This document shows, in pieces, positions 37,519 through 48,143 of a DNA stretch of 64,000 bases; positions within the stretch are counted from its first letter, which is position 1; every line of letters starts with the position of its first letter. The position numbers and the translations under genes are program-made. A model generated the notes under the pieces. The model was given only the letters and a program-made list of their open reading frames with translations, searched no databases and had not been told where the DNA came from. Source of the stretch: Opitutales bacterium (GTDB lineage: Bacteria; Verrucomicrobiota; Verrucomicrobiia; Opitutales; Coraliomargaritaceae). The DNA lies in the NCBI GenBank assembly GCA_049598495.1, contig JBMYNR010000002.1:19105-83104 (forward strand), written 5' to 3'.

Positions 37519-40308
37519 ATGCCTATTCAAGACAGTCCTCATTTCCGCAGGCTTCACCAACATGCCCAGAAGCGCCTAATCTTCGATCCGGGTGTTTCCA
37601 GGAGCAAGCAGCTTCCGGCCTACAAGCGCTACATGGAGCTGGAGAATGCCATGCTGGAGAAGCAACACCGCGAAGGGGGCTCCGGGATGGAGGTCTGTCA
37701 GGCGCGGGCGGCCATGATCGATGTCGTGATCGAGAACCTGTTCCTCGCCGCCCTCGATCTGTATACGACCGAGCACGGCCCGCTGCCGTGCAAAATGGCG
37801 GTGCTGGCAACGGGGGGCTATGGTCGACGGGAGCTCAACCCTCACAGCGATATCGATATTATGTTCCTCTATCCGCTCAAAACAGGAGGGAAGGCATTCG
37901 AGCAGTTTCAAGCCGTGCTCGCAGAGGAGATCCTTTACCCGCTCTGGGATCTGGGGCTGAAAGTCGGGCATGCCTCGCGGAACGCAAAAGAGGTTATTGA
38001 GGAATGCCGCAAGGAAATCCAATCGAAGAACGCGATTCTCGAATCGCGGATTATTTGCGGATCCGAGCCGCTTTACAAAAGTATGCGGAGCCGCTTCGAC
38101 GATTTCTGCAAGAAGGAGAACTCCAAGGCCTACATTCTCCAACGATTGGAAGATGAAGCGGAGCGCCACGCCAAATCAGGCAATACGATCTATCTCCAGG
38201 AGCCCGACATTAAGAATGGCGTCGGAGGGCTTCGGGACTACCAAAACATTCTCTGGATGGCCCATATAAAATTTGGCTACCGTTCCTTCGCCGATCTCGT
38301 GAAGGCGAAGCTGCTCCGGGAAGATGAGCGGGAAGCCATGCTAGCCGCCTACGACCTACTTCTTCGCACTCGGACAGAACTACACCTGCAAAACCGTCGG
38401 CCCACCGACAAACTGGACCTCGAACAACAACCGCTCATTGCGGAGCACCTCCACTACCCTCAGGACAATATCTTTGAGCGCGTCGAAGCCTTCATGAAGG
38501 ACTACTACATGGCGGCCCGAACCATCTACCATACGAGTGAGATCCTGAAAGAGAGGATGTCCCTGCAGGCAGAGCCTGAGAACAAGACCCGCATCACCTT
38601 CCGCGAAGCCCTCAGGGCCCACCAGCACCTCCCAATCAAGCGAATCGATGGATTCAATCTCTACAACAAGATACTCTCGGCGGATCATCCCGGGGTCTTC
38701 GAAGAAGATCCTGTCCGGCTCATTCGCGTCTTCCGCGAGGCCCAGCAGTTCGGGGCCAAGCTCGATCCCGATCTGCGTTATCTGATCACACGCTCGATCC
38801 CCCTGATCGATCAGTCCATCATCCAAAACACCTCGGCCGCCAAGAGTTTCTGCGCCATCCTGCGCAGCCCCGGCGAGGTTTACCCCACCCTGATCCAGAT
38901 GCACGAACTCGGGGTCCTCGGACGCTACTTGCCCGAGTTTGGCGCGCTAACATGTATGGTTCAGCACGAATACTACCACCGGTACACTGCCGATGCCCAT
39001 GTGCTGCGCACCATCCGCCACTTGGATCGTGTATTTATAAAACACGACCGGGAATACGCACATTACGAGAGGGAATTACGAAAAAACGATGACCCTTTAC
39101 TGCTCTATTTAATACTTCTTCTGCATGACATCGGGAAGGCAGAAGGCGTGAAGGGACACGATGTAAGCGGTGTTCGTATCGCCAAACCCGTCCTGGATCG
39201 CTTTAGGGTCGGCAAGGAACAACAGGAACAAATTTTATTTATTATTCGCAGCCATCTGGAAATGGCACGATTCTGGCAACGGTTTGATTTAGACGATCCT
39301 CAAACTGCGGTTTCCTTCGCTAAATTCATCGAAGATCCGCAGAAACTCAGTTTTCTTTACGTGCACACCTATTGCGATGCCCGCGGAACTGCTCCAAGCC
39401 TCTGGAATAGCTACAAAGACAGCATGCATCGCACCCTGTATGTTCGAACACTTGAGCAATTTGAGGACGACGCAGTCATCGAACAAAAGCGGAAAGAACA
39501 AGTTAGCATGTTGCACCAAGACATACTCGAGCAAAAGATTGTAGGGATCTCCGAGGAAGAAATCGAGGCTCACTTCAACCTGCTCCCGGAGCGCTACTTC
39601 ATCAATACGGAGCGTGCCGACATAGAGCTACACTTGCGTATGGTCAGCCAATTGCTGGCCCAGATCCATGCAGCAGAATCCATGGGCACACTTGCGCCCA
39701 TCGTGAACTGGCACAATGACATCGACCTCGGCATGACCGTGGTCAACGTCGTCACCTGGGATCGCGCCGGGCTTTTCTACAAACTCGCAGGAGCACTCAC
39801 CTTGGCCGGGGTCAGCATCATAAGCACAAAGGCAATTTCCCGAAAGGACCACATTACGATCGACACATTCTACGTGATCGATCCGAGCGGGGGAGTCGTT
39901 ACCGACAAGAAGGCACAGGAAACCTTCCAAGTTCGACTCGAGGAGGCACTTATTGAAGGGAAAGAGCTCCTACCTGCAATCAACGAGCGAGAAGCCAAAG
40001 TTAAGGCGAGGAATCCATCGAAGGATATGCTTCCGGCCCCCTTCCCTCCGAGTGTCGATGTCTATCACGAGCTGTCGCTCAAGCAGACGATTATCGAAGT
40101 GCAAGCCAACGATCGCATCGGCCTCCTTTACCAAATATCTCGGCTCATCACCTTCAAGGGCTTCGACATCAGCTTCGCGCGCATTGCAACGGAGCGCGGT
40201 GTCGCCATGGACACTTTCTATATCAAGAACGTAAACGACTCCGAAGAGTCGAATACAACGGCCCTACTTGAATTGCGTGAAGAACTTGATTCGATTGTAA
40301 AGGATTAG
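37519..40308 (+). CDS. glnD: [protein-PII] uridylyltransferase/uridylyl-removing enzyme GlnD
   Basis: 929 aa. Nucleotidyltransferase GGYGRRELNPHSDIDI, HD domain LLLHDIGK, two C-terminal ACT-like segments. Confidence 0.9.
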   Translation: MPIQDSPHFRRLHQHAQKRLIFDPGVSRSKQLPAYKRYMELENAMLEKQHREGGSGMEVCQARAAMIDVVIENLFLAALDLYTTEHGPLPCKMAVLATGGYGRRELNPHSDIDIMFLYPLKTGGKAFEQFQAVLAEEILYPLWDLGLKVGHASRNAKEVIEECRKEIQSKNAILESRIICGSEPLYKSMRSRFDDFCKKENSKAYILQRLEDEAERHAKSGNTIYLQEPDIKNGVGGLRDYQNILWMAHIKFGYRSFADLVKAKLLREDEREAMLAAYDLLLRTRTELHLQNRRPTDKLDLEQQPLIAEHLHYPQDNIFERVEAFMKDYYMAARTIYHTSEILKERMSLQAEPENKTRITFREALRAHQHLPIKRIDGFNLYNKILSADHPGVFEEDPVRLIRVFREAQQFGAKLDPDLRYLITRSIPLIDQSIIQNTSAAKSFCAILRSPGEVYPTLIQMHELGVLGRYLPEFGALTCMVQHEYYHRYTADAHVLRTIRHLDRVFIKHDREYAHYERELRKNDDPLLLYLILLLHDIGKAEGVKGHDVSGVRIAKPVLDRFRVGKEQQEQILFIIRSHLEMARFWQRFDLDDPQTAVSFAKFIEDPQKLSFLYVHTYCDARGTAPSLWNSYKDSMHRTLYVRTLEQFEDDAVIEQKRKEQVSMLHQDILEQKIVGISEEEIEAHFNLLPERYFINTERADIELHLRMVSQLLAQIHAAESMGTLAPIVNWHNDIDLGMTVVNVVTWDRAGLFYKLAGALTLAGVSIISTKAISRKDHITIDTFYVIDPSGGVVTDKKAQETFQVRLEEALIEGKELLPAINEREAKVKARNPSKDMLPAPFPPSVDVYHELSLKQTIIEVQANDRIGLLYQISRLITFKGFDISFARIATERGVAMDTFYIKNVNDSEESNTTALLELREELDSIVKD

Positions 40309-40378
40309 TCGGAACAACGGTTCACCGCAGGGAAATTCTAGTTGGACCTCGGCTTGAGTTAATGGATACTCGCCCCAA

Positions 40379-42073
40379 ATGCAGGACCATGATAATGAGC
40401 ACAGCGCGATCGATTCGCTCTACAGGATTAGCAGTCTTGTTTCGAATACCGACGAACCCAAGGTCGCTCTACAACTCATTCTTGATGAGATTGTTCGCGT
40501 CCTGCGCCCCAGCAGTGCTTCCATTGCGCTAATTAACCCAGATACCAAACGGCTCGCGCTGGAAGCCTCCTTCGGCCTGCCGGAGGACTGGCAGGATATG
40601 GAGTTGGCGCTGGGGCAAGGGGTCACCGGTTGGGCCGCGCTTCAAGGCCGCGCAGTCATTGCCAATGATGTGCGCAATGAGCCACGTTACATCTCGGTAA
40701 GGCCAAATATACAATCAGAGATGGCCGTCCCGATGGAAGATGAAGGAATGGTGATCGGAGTCGTCAACGTCGATAGCGAAGAGCCCGATGCCTACGGGAA
40801 CGCCTCACTGAAGATTCTCAGCCTTTTGACAAACGAGGCCACCCGAGTCGTCTCACGGCTCTGGTTGTTTAAACAGTTGCGAACGAAGGCAAACCACCTG
40901 GAATCGCTCGTCGCCATGAGTCAGCGACTGGCCGGCGAGGCGGACAGCGATATTCTGATGCGCTCGCTGGCCCAGCAGGCGCAACAACTGTTGGGCTGCG
41001 ATGGGAGTGCTCTCTTTGTTCTCGAGCCGCATAAAAAGGTGCTGCATCTCCACAGCCTGGCGACGGATTCGGGGCCACTCTCTGAAAAAATCGCGCTTCC
41101 GCTCGATCAGAGTGCTCTGGGCGCCGTTATTCATCGCTTAAAGCAGGTAGAAGTCTACGATCTGAACTTCACGGAAGAAAACGATTTCCTGCCGATCCTC
41201 CAGCGGCAGGGCTTCAGCTCTATGCTGGCGTCACCGATCGCATTCGGCGATGAAGCGATCGGGGTTCTTATCGCATTCACTCGCCGCTCTCGCCGCTTCA
41301 ACAATGAGGAGAAGAAAGTTTTCAATGCTCTCGCAGAGATGGGCGCAATCGCCATTCAGAATGCCCGCCTGTACGACCGGATCTTCGCCAGCGAAGAATC
41401 GCTCCGCCGGAACGAAAAGCTAACCACACTCGGGATGCTGGCCGCCGAGATCGCCCACGAGATTCGCAACCCCCTCACTGTTATCAAGCTACTTTTCGAA
41501 TCACTCGACCTACGGTTCCCCGATAGCGATCCACGTAAGACCGACCAAGAGGTCATCACAGAGAAACTGGATCAGCTGGAGGAAATTGTTGAGCGCGTGC
41601 TCAGCTTCGGTCGTAACAGAGAGGGGATGCACACGCGGCAAGACCTCAATACCCTCGTTGAAGATACGCTCAAACTCGTACGCTTAAAACTCCAGCAGCA
41701 AAAAATCGAACTGGATTTCGAACCACATCCGATACCCATAGTCGCCGAGGTCAATAAGGGGCAGATACTGCAGGTTCTTTTGAATCTGGTCCTAAACGCC
41801 ACGCAGGCAATGGAAGGTGGCGGCCGGATACACATTCAAACACATCTCAAAGGCCACACCGCATCACTCATGATCTCCGACAACGGAGGCGGAATCCCTG
41901 AGTCCATTCAGGGTGATATCTTCGACTCCTTCCTAACGGCTCGCCCGGACGGCACGGGACTGGGGCTCTCGATCAGCAAACGAATCCTTCGTGGCCACCG
42001 GGGCGACATAGAACTCGTACGTTCCTCTCCCGAAGGCAGCCAATTCCGCTTCTGGCTACCCCTATCCGAATAA
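40379..42073 (+). CDS. cytoplasmic sensor histidine kinase with two GAF domains
   Basis: 564 aa. H-box AAEIAHEIRNPL, N-box LNLVLNATQAM, DNGGGI, GTGLGLSISKRIL. No TM segments. Confidence 0.85.
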   Translation: MQDHDNEHSAIDSLYRISSLVSNTDEPKVALQLILDEIVRVLRPSSASIALINPDTKRLALEASFGLPEDWQDMELALGQGVTGWAALQGRAVIANDVRNEPRYISVRPNIQSEMAVPMEDEGMVIGVVNVDSEEPDAYGNASLKILSLLTNEATRVVSRLWLFKQLRTKANHLESLVAMSQRLAGEADSDILMRSLAQQAQQLLGCDGSALFVLEPHKKVLHLHSLATDSGPLSEKIALPLDQSALGAVIHRLKQVEVYDLNFTEENDFLPILQRQGFSSMLASPIAFGDEAIGVLIAFTRRSRRFNNEEKKVFNALAEMGAIAIQNARLYDRIFASEESLRRNEKLTTLGMLAAEIAHEIRNPLTVIKLLFESLDLRFPDSDPRKTDQEVITEKLDQLEEIVERVLSFGRNREGMHTRQDLNTLVEDTLKLVRLKLQQQKIELDFEPHPIPIVAEVNKGQILQVLLNLVLNATQAMEGGGRIHIQTHLKGHTASLMISDNGGGIPESIQGDIFDSFLTARPDGTGLGLSISKRILRGHRGDIELVRSSPEGSQFRFWLPLSE

Positions 42074-42103
42074 TACTAGAGCACAAAAAAGTTTGAACCG
42101 GTT

Positions 42104-42138
42104 GCAGAGGCAGGGAGGGCGGCCCTCCCTGCCTCTGC
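42104..42138 (+). terminator. 17-bp perfect hairpin after the histidine kinase
   Basis: GCAGAGGCAGGGAGGGC-G-GCCCTCCCTGCCTCTGC. A TTTT tract follows only ~10 nt later. Confidence 0.5.
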
Positions 42139-42341
42139 GCCAAACCTTTTGCGAAGAGATATAAGGCACCAAAAGGGCGCCCGCTAAAAGCGGCGCCCGA
42201 AAAGACTTAACCCGCTTATTGCATGAGATCCAGAATTGGCTTTGGCAAGGCGCGAGCCGTGTTCCACGCAGGAGCGCACTGAAGTGCGTGACTAAGTGGG
42301 TTACGCGCTCGGAACACAGCCAGGGACGCTTCTGGACTCAA

Positions 42342-42436
42342 AGTTTGTTGCTGTCACTTTTGTGACACGACGAGTTTTTGAAGAAAACTCGCAAGTAGCC
42401 ATCCCGTAACAAGATAAAGAACGACAGCAACAAACT
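42342..42436. other. nested stem-loop element (candidate structured RNA), strand unknown
   Basis: The 14-bp arms AGTTTGTTGCTGTC / GACAGCAACAAACT enclose hairpins GTCAC-TTTT-GTGAC and CGAGTTTT-TGAAG-AAAACTCG. Confidence 0.3.
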
Positions 42437-42473
42437 GGTGCAATATTCGGGTTAAAGATTCGAGAAGGAAGAT

Positions 42474-42818
42474 TTAAAATTCGATCGATATCGTCCCCGG
42501 AGCACCGCCAGTCGCTTCAATGCTCGTGCCTTGAATAATCATCGCCGGATAACTCTCGCCAGCAACAGGGTTGAGTTGCTTGACATACTTTCCATCGCCT
42601 ACCAGATCCGCACGACTGACCCGGATGACATCGTGCTCGGTGAAATATTTTTCTGCACCGCTTGCGAGTGCCCGTAGATTATTGGTGATCGCCTTGGTTT
42701 GTGCTGTTTCACGCACCTTTTGAACGGCCGGGATAGCCATCACCGCGAGAAGTATGATGATAACCACCACGATCATGATTTCAACGAGGGTAAAACCCTT
42801 TTTGCTTTTAGTATTCAT
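42474..42818 (-). CDS. prepilin-type N-terminal cleavage/methylation domain protein (GspG/pseudopilin-like)
   Basis: 114 aa. KKGFTLVEIMIVVVIIILLAVMAIPA. Confidence 0.85.
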   Translation of the reverse strand: MNTKSKKGFTLVEIMIVVVIIILLAVMAIPAVQKVRETAQTKAITNNLRALASGAEKYFTEHDVIRVSRADLVGDGKYVKQLNPVAGESYPAMIIQGTSIEATGGAPGTISIEF

Positions 42819-43066
42819 GATAATCTTTGATTCGTCTTATTACGCTATGAATCCACGGGAAAGAATATATTAGCGTAATCAGGTAAACACACTTGTAAGA
42901 AAAACCAAAGCATAAAGCCCTGATTATTCTAGGTTTCGCATAATTTTCAAAGCCCCTGAATTATAGGCATTCCCACCCGAAGTAGCTCCCATCTATAGCG
43001 CCAAAAGACTGATGAACCAAAAACTAGCCGATGGACGAGGGATCGTTTAAGCACACACGCTTCGTC

Positions 43067-43288
43067 CTAGAAGCAGAATCCTCCCCTTAGCCAGACGAGA
43101 ATAATTGGAACAAGAATCAGAACTGCCATGACAATTCGGATCGTGAGTATTGTCCGAAGCGCCGGCTCTGGCAGCTCAAGGTGCTCCGGGCACTTCGTAT
43201 GCTTTTCAGAAGTCTCCATACTCCAGAAATGAGGATTCTGTCCAGATTGAGCAATGAGAACTTTTTCGCTTAAAACGAATTTTCTCAT
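43067..43288 (-). CDS. possible small membrane protein
   Basis: 73 aa with C-terminal TM helix ILTIRIVMAVLILVPIILVWL. Same strand as its neighbours. No homology recognised. Confidence 0.25.
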   Translation of the reverse strand: MRKFVLSEKVLIAQSGQNPHFWSMETSEKHTKCPEHLELPEPALRTILTIRIVMAVLILVPIILVWLRGGFCF

Positions 43289-43356
43289 CTTTAGCTGGGG
43301 CTGAAATATGTCTGAAAATCCGGCGAGGTGGGGGATTTAAACGTATCGCCCATTGC

Positions 43357-45111
43357 CTAGTCCGTCTTCACGACAACCCGGAATCCAGTCAGGCGATTGC
43401 GCCCTCCCCGCGGCGCGTCCCGAATCGGGACAGTGAAGATGGCCTCCAGCCTGTCTTGAGCGTGACCTCCAATTTGCTTCGCCCCCTCTGATTCATAGCG
43501 GTCGACCGACTCGAGCCACTCGCTTACATTGCCAAGCAAATCGAAAAATCCACTGGCGAAGGGCTCCTTGGAGCCGACGGGTTGCGGCACCCCCTTCGAA
43601 TTGGATGCACTCCAGACGTGGTTCTCCAGCACAACATAACGAAGCCGGCCAAGCGCTAGACGAAATTCATTCTCGGTCGGCAATCGCACCGGCTTGCCCA
43701 ATATCCACGAAAGACGCTGACAGAACTTTTTCGCGTCCATCCAGCTGACGGAGTCAACCGGACGGAGGTCCCCTTGGTTGCGGCTCGGGTTTATTCCCAT
43801 GATTAGTGAGTAGAGCGCCTGCGACACTTCCATTCGCAACATGCGCCAGCCATCTGTTTCGGGCACGGGTATAAGCGCATCGTAAATACGGTCTTGAATG
43901 AACCCGAGATCATTCTGAAGGAGATTCAGATAGCGCACTTTCGACTCCAAGTCCTGGTCATTGAGCAAGCTCCGCGGAAACGCCTCCTGCATTTGCTTCA
44001 TATCGCTGCGGAGTGTCGCAATCACTTCGACTGCTTCGTAGGTCTGCCGCTCCGCGAGAAGCTTCTGCATAAGATCGTGATTGTTTTCCATTTGGATGCC
44101 CAAATCGAAACTCTCCGCGGTCTGGCTCTTACGTTGATACTCAATCAGGCGCTCCGATGAAGCATAGGGGCTATCCTTATAGTCTTCATTCAACTGCCGC
44201 TGCAATCGGGCGGCCTCTTGGTATAAGGCGGCAGCCTCCAAGTGCTCATTATTGATAAGTTTTTGATCTGCCAACTTCGCAACACGCTGCACTTCGAGGC
44301 GACTCTGCCGGGAACGAATCTCAACAAGCTTGCGCTCCAGGCGCTTAAGCCGGGGCACGCTGGTTTGATTTGCGCCACGATACTGGCGGTTCAGATTATC
44401 TTGAATCTGGATTGCCTCCCGCAAGTGCTCCTTCGCCTGCTCCCAGTCCTGCGCATGGATAAAATCATCCGCTTCATTCTCGAGAGCCAGGCTTCGCCGG
44501 AGCAATGGCTCTGCTGCCAAATAGCGCACCTGTCGGTCGAGACGTGCGGCACGCCCTACGCTGTAAGAGCGACTCAATGGATAATCTTCATTGATCTGAT
44601 TCTGCCTGGCGTAGGCATCGCGATACTTCCCCCGGGCGGCTTCAAAGTTTTCCGCAGCGGCCAGGGCCTCACCCTGTAATTCCAACTCCAGGCTTTCGTT
44701 TTCGAGGATTTGGGCCGCCAAATCCTGATATCTTTGCTCCAGATGCACCTGCCGATTATGGCCTTGTGAGTCCACACCGGCGAAGGCATCCAAATAAGCC
44801 TTCTGCTTGTCCAATGCCTGCTTGAGCAAAATGATATCCTCGGAGCGCGCCTCACGGATCGCCAGGATCTCCTCGAACTGTGCCTCCAGTTCGATGCTCT
44901 CCTGCTGCAACTGCTTGACCTCCTCGGGCACTTCACCTGACAGGCTCAGTTCTCTGAAGTCCACATCCTTCGGGCCCAGTTGACTAAGCCACCAGAAACC
45001 GATCAAAGCCAAGGCACCCGCCGCAAAAGCCAACGCCGCCAAGAAGCACTTCTTCAAAGGACTGGATTCATAGGAGGGACGTCTACGGGAAGACTGCTTA
45101 AAAATCGCCAT
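43357..45111 (-). CDS. membrane-anchored coiled-coil protein with C-terminal FGE-sulfatase (SUMF1-like) domain
   Basis: Start may be ATG 45111 (MAIFKQSS...) or 45213. TM FLAALAFAAGALALIGFWWL. C-terminal VSWMDAKKFCQRLS...RLPTENEF...GNVSEWLES...TGFRVVV. Confidence 0.7.
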   Translation of the reverse strand: MAIFKQSSRRRPSYESSPLKKCFLAALAFAAGALALIGFWWLSQLGPKDVDFRELSLSGEVPEEVKQLQQESIELEAQFEEILAIREARSEDIILLKQALDKQKAYLDAFAGVDSQGHNRQVHLEQRYQDLAAQILENESLELELQGEALAAAENFEAARGKYRDAYARQNQINEDYPLSRSYSVGRAARLDRQVRYLAAEPLLRRSLALENEADDFIHAQDWEQAKEHLREAIQIQDNLNRQYRGANQTSVPRLKRLERKLVEIRSRQSRLEVQRVAKLADQKLINNEHLEAAALYQEAARLQRQLNEDYKDSPYASSERLIEYQRKSQTAESFDLGIQMENNHDLMQKLLAERQTYEAVEVIATLRSDMKQMQEAFPRSLLNDQDLESKVRYLNLLQNDLGFIQDRIYDALIPVPETDGWRMLRMEVSQALYSLIMGINPSRNQGDLRPVDSVSWMDAKKFCQRLSWILGKPVRLPTENEFRLALGRLRYVVLENHVWSASNSKGVPQPVGSKEPFASGFFDLLGNVSEWLESVDRYESEGAKQIGGHAQDRLEAIFTVPIRDAPRGGRNRLTGFRVVVKTD

Positions 45112-45241
45112 AATCAAATTGGGGCTGGCACTGTAAAAATAGCCTGCCTTAAATGACTCGCAGCTATGAAAGCCGCAAGGCAAAAGGTAGCTAACACTTG
45201 AAAGAGGACTCATTCAACGAATGAACGTCTCCTTACCATAA

Positions 45242-46084
45242 ATGTTTGAACAGATTACCATCCTAGGCCCGGGTCTGCTGGGCACCTCCCTCGCGCTGGC
45301 CCTCAAGGAGCAAGGGCTAACAAAGCGTGTGCATACCTGGTCGCGGCGTGCCGAGACACGAACGCAGGCGATTGCCGCGGATTGGTGCGATGCCGTCTTT
45401 GAGAAGGCTGGCGCAGCCTGCCGGGGAAGCGATCTGGTCGTCATTTGCACACCGGTCGATACGATCGTCCCAATCCTGAAAGAAGTCGCCTCCTCGCTCA
45501 AGGCGGGGGCGCTCGTCACTGATGTCGGCAGCACAAAAAGCCAGATTTGCCGAGAGGCCCTAGGTGCACTCGAAGATCGCTCTGTTTTCATCGGCTCACA
45601 CCCCATGGCCGGCTCCGAGCAGACCGGGATGGCGCATGCTCGTTCCAATTTGTTCAAGGGCGCCTGCTCCATCATCACGCCACTTGACGATTGCCCCGAG
45701 ACGGAGATCGCCCGCTTGCGCCGGTTGTGGGAAGCACTTGGAATGGAGGTCGTCAGCTGCTCACCCGAGCAGCATGACGAGATCGTCGCCCACATCAGCC
45801 ACCTCCCCCATCTATTAGCGTCGAGCCTTTGCAGCTACCTCTCAGGCAAAGAAGCTGGCTGGAAGCATCTGTCCGGAGGCGGACTTCGCGATACGACACG
45901 GGTCGCCGCGGGCGACCCCGCCCTATGGAAGCAGATCCTTGAGCAGAATCGCGAAGAGGTGCTTCAAGCGATCGACGGCTTTGATTCCGAATTACAAGCC
46001 CTCAAAGGCGCGCTCTTGAATAACGACAGCCTCAAGCTTGCCGCTCTTCTTGAGCGAGGTCGAAAATACCGGCAGAATTTTTAG
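45242..46084 (+). CDS. tyrA: prephenate/arogenate dehydrogenase
   Basis: 280 aa. ITILGPGLLGTSLALAL, GSHPMAGSE, SHLPHLLA. Confidence 0.85.
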   Translation: MFEQITILGPGLLGTSLALALKEQGLTKRVHTWSRRAETRTQAIAADWCDAVFEKAGAACRGSDLVVICTPVDTIVPILKEVASSLKAGALVTDVGSTKSQICREALGALEDRSVFIGSHPMAGSEQTGMAHARSNLFKGACSIITPLDDCPETEIARLRRLWEALGMEVVSCSPEQHDEIVAHISHLPHLLASSLCSYLSGKEAGWKHLSGGGLRDTTRVAAGDPALWKQILEQNREEVLQAIDGFDSELQALKGALLNNDSLKLAALLERGRKYRQNF

Positions 46085-46096
46085 CCGCCCTTCCCC

Positions 46097-47455
46097 ATGC
46101 TGGATCCTCTGCTCATTCAACCAATTAACCATTCCTTGGACGGGAAACTTTCCCTGCCCGGCTCCAAGAGTATCACCAATCGTGCACTCATTCTGGCAGC
46201 ACTCGCTGAAGGTGTCACCACTCTCAAGGGTTCGCTTTTTAGCCGCGACACGCGAATTATGCTAACGGCTCTCGAGACACTCGGATTTGAGGTCTCTGCC
46301 GATGAAGATGCGCATTCGATACGCGTGGTGGGCTTAGGTGGACGTATCCCGAATAAGCGAGCAAAACTCGACGTGGGTAATGCGGGCACTGCAGCAAGAT
46401 TTCTCACTGCCTTCCTCGCCCTCCATCCCGGTGGCGAGTATGAACTCGATGGCGATACACCCATGCGCAGCCGTCCGATGTCAGGCCTAATCCGCGCCCT
46501 CTCGGACTTGGGCGCAGCCGAATTTGAATACCAAGGCGAGCCGGAACACTTCCCCTTTACCCTGCGCGCGAAAGGTTATCATGGAGGCGAAGCCATTGTC
46601 GATGCCGAGGCTAGCAGCCAAATACTCTCCGCGTTGCTTCTCTCCGCGCCCGTTGGAGGTTCGGTCAAGTTGACCTGTCCCGACGTGCGACCACAGTATG
46701 TCGCGATCACACTCAAGATGCGCGAAGCCTTTGGCGCGGCCGCAGTGGAGATCGATGACTCGGGCATTTATGAACTACCGGCAACCACCTATGCGCCGAA
46801 TCCCGGCGGCAGCTATGCGATCGAACCCGATGTCTCAGCCGCCAGTTACTTTCTAGCCCTCACCTTGATTCATGGCGGGGAGCTAAGGATCCCAAATCTC
46901 AACAAAGACCCCCTTCAAGGGGATGCCCATTTCGCTGAAGTGCTCGCTCATCACGGACTGCGCGTCGACGCCGATCGAGGTAGCTGGACGGCGACCTGCA
47001 ACAACCCCGAGGGGATCCAACGCGGCCACCGCGAGATTGATTTCAACAGTATCTCCGATACCTTCCTTACCTATGCCGCGATGGCTCCACTGCTCGGCGG
47101 CTCGGTCCGCATCACAGGCATTGGGCATACTCGCAACCAGGAGACCGATCGCATTGCCGGCATGGCTGCAGAACTCTCAAAGCTCGGCCAGCTCGTCAAA
47201 GAAGAGCCCGATGCACTCACAATCCAGCCCAAACCGAATGAACTCCGGGCGCGCGCCTTACAGGCCCGTAGCGAGGGTAAGCCGATCACGATTGATACCT
47301 ACGAAGATCACCGCTTCGCCATGAGTTTTGGCGTGCTTGCTAGCTTTGATTTACTCGGTGATGGCCAACCTTGGCTGGCCATCAAAGACCCGGCTTGCTG
47401 CGGCAAGACTTTTCCCGGGTTTTTTGCTGCCCTTGAATCGCTCCGTAATGGCTAG
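46097..47455 (+). CDS. aroA: 3-phosphoshikimate 1-carboxyvinyltransferase
   Basis: 452 aa. LPGSKSITNRALILAALAEG, GNAGTAARFL, DHRFAMSF. Confidence 0.95.
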   Translation: MLDPLLIQPINHSLDGKLSLPGSKSITNRALILAALAEGVTTLKGSLFSRDTRIMLTALETLGFEVSADEDAHSIRVVGLGGRIPNKRAKLDVGNAGTAARFLTAFLALHPGGEYELDGDTPMRSRPMSGLIRALSDLGAAEFEYQGEPEHFPFTLRAKGYHGGEAIVDAEASSQILSALLLSAPVGGSVKLTCPDVRPQYVAITLKMREAFGAAAVEIDDSGIYELPATTYAPNPGGSYAIEPDVSAASYFLALTLIHGGELRIPNLNKDPLQGDAHFAEVLAHHGLRVDADRGSWTATCNNPEGIQRGHREIDFNSISDTFLTYAAMAPLLGGSVRITGIGHTRNQETDRIAGMAAELSKLGQLVKEEPDALTIQPKPNELRARALQARSEGKPITIDTYEDHRFAMSFGVLASFDLLGDGQPWLAIKDPACCGKTFPGFFAALESLRNG

Positions 47456-48110
47456 CCGGGGGACATTCACTATCGTGACGATGGACGGCGGCGCTGCCGT
47501 TGGAAAATCTTCGACCTCCAGAGGGTTAGCGGAGCACCTAAACTTCATGCACGTCGATACAGGTGCCCATTACCGCACTTTGACCTACGCACTCCTCTCG
47601 ACCGGAGCAAGCCCCGAGCAGGCCGACGAGGTCTCCGAGAAACTGAAGCGTCTCTCACTGGGAACAGAACTACAAGGTCGTAGCGCCAAGCTCAGTATCA
47701 ATGGGGTTGTGCCAGCCGATGCGGAAATCCGCTCGCCTGAGGTCAATGCCGGGGTCTCCAAATTCGCCGCGATCGAATCATTGCGAAACTTTCTATTTGA
47801 TTACCAGCGCAGTCAGGCCGAGGTCGCTGAGGCGCAGGGATTTGCCGGGCTCATTATGGAAGGCCGTGATATCGGCTCAGTCATATTCCCTGATGCGCAA
47901 TATCGTTTCTTCCTTCATGCCGATGAGGCCACACGCGCAGCACGTCGAGCCAAAGAGGGACAGATCGATTCCATCGCTGACCGCGATAAGTTGGACACAA
48001 GCCGCAAGACAGCCCCTCTTGTCTGCCCGCAAGGCGCCACTCAAATCGATACGGCACCGTACACGCTCGATGAAGTCATCGGACTCATCGCAAACCAGAT
48101 TCAAGCCTAG
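47448..48110 (+). CDS. cmk: cytidylate kinase
   Basis: ATG at 47448 overlaps the aroA stop by 8 nt. IVTMDGGAAVGKSSTSRGLAEHL...VDTGAHYR. Confidence 0.85.
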   Translation: MASRGTFTIVTMDGGAAVGKSSTSRGLAEHLNFMHVDTGAHYRTLTYALLSTGASPEQADEVSEKLKRLSLGTELQGRSAKLSINGVVPADAEIRSPEVNAGVSKFAAIESLRNFLFDYQRSQAEVAEAQGFAGLIMEGRDIGSVIFPDAQYRFFLHADEATRAARRAKEGQIDSIADRDKLDTSRKTAPLVCPQGATQIDTAPYTLDEVIGLIANQIQA

Positions 48111-48143
48111 ACCATCCTCCCTTTCATCCCCACCTTCACTTCC

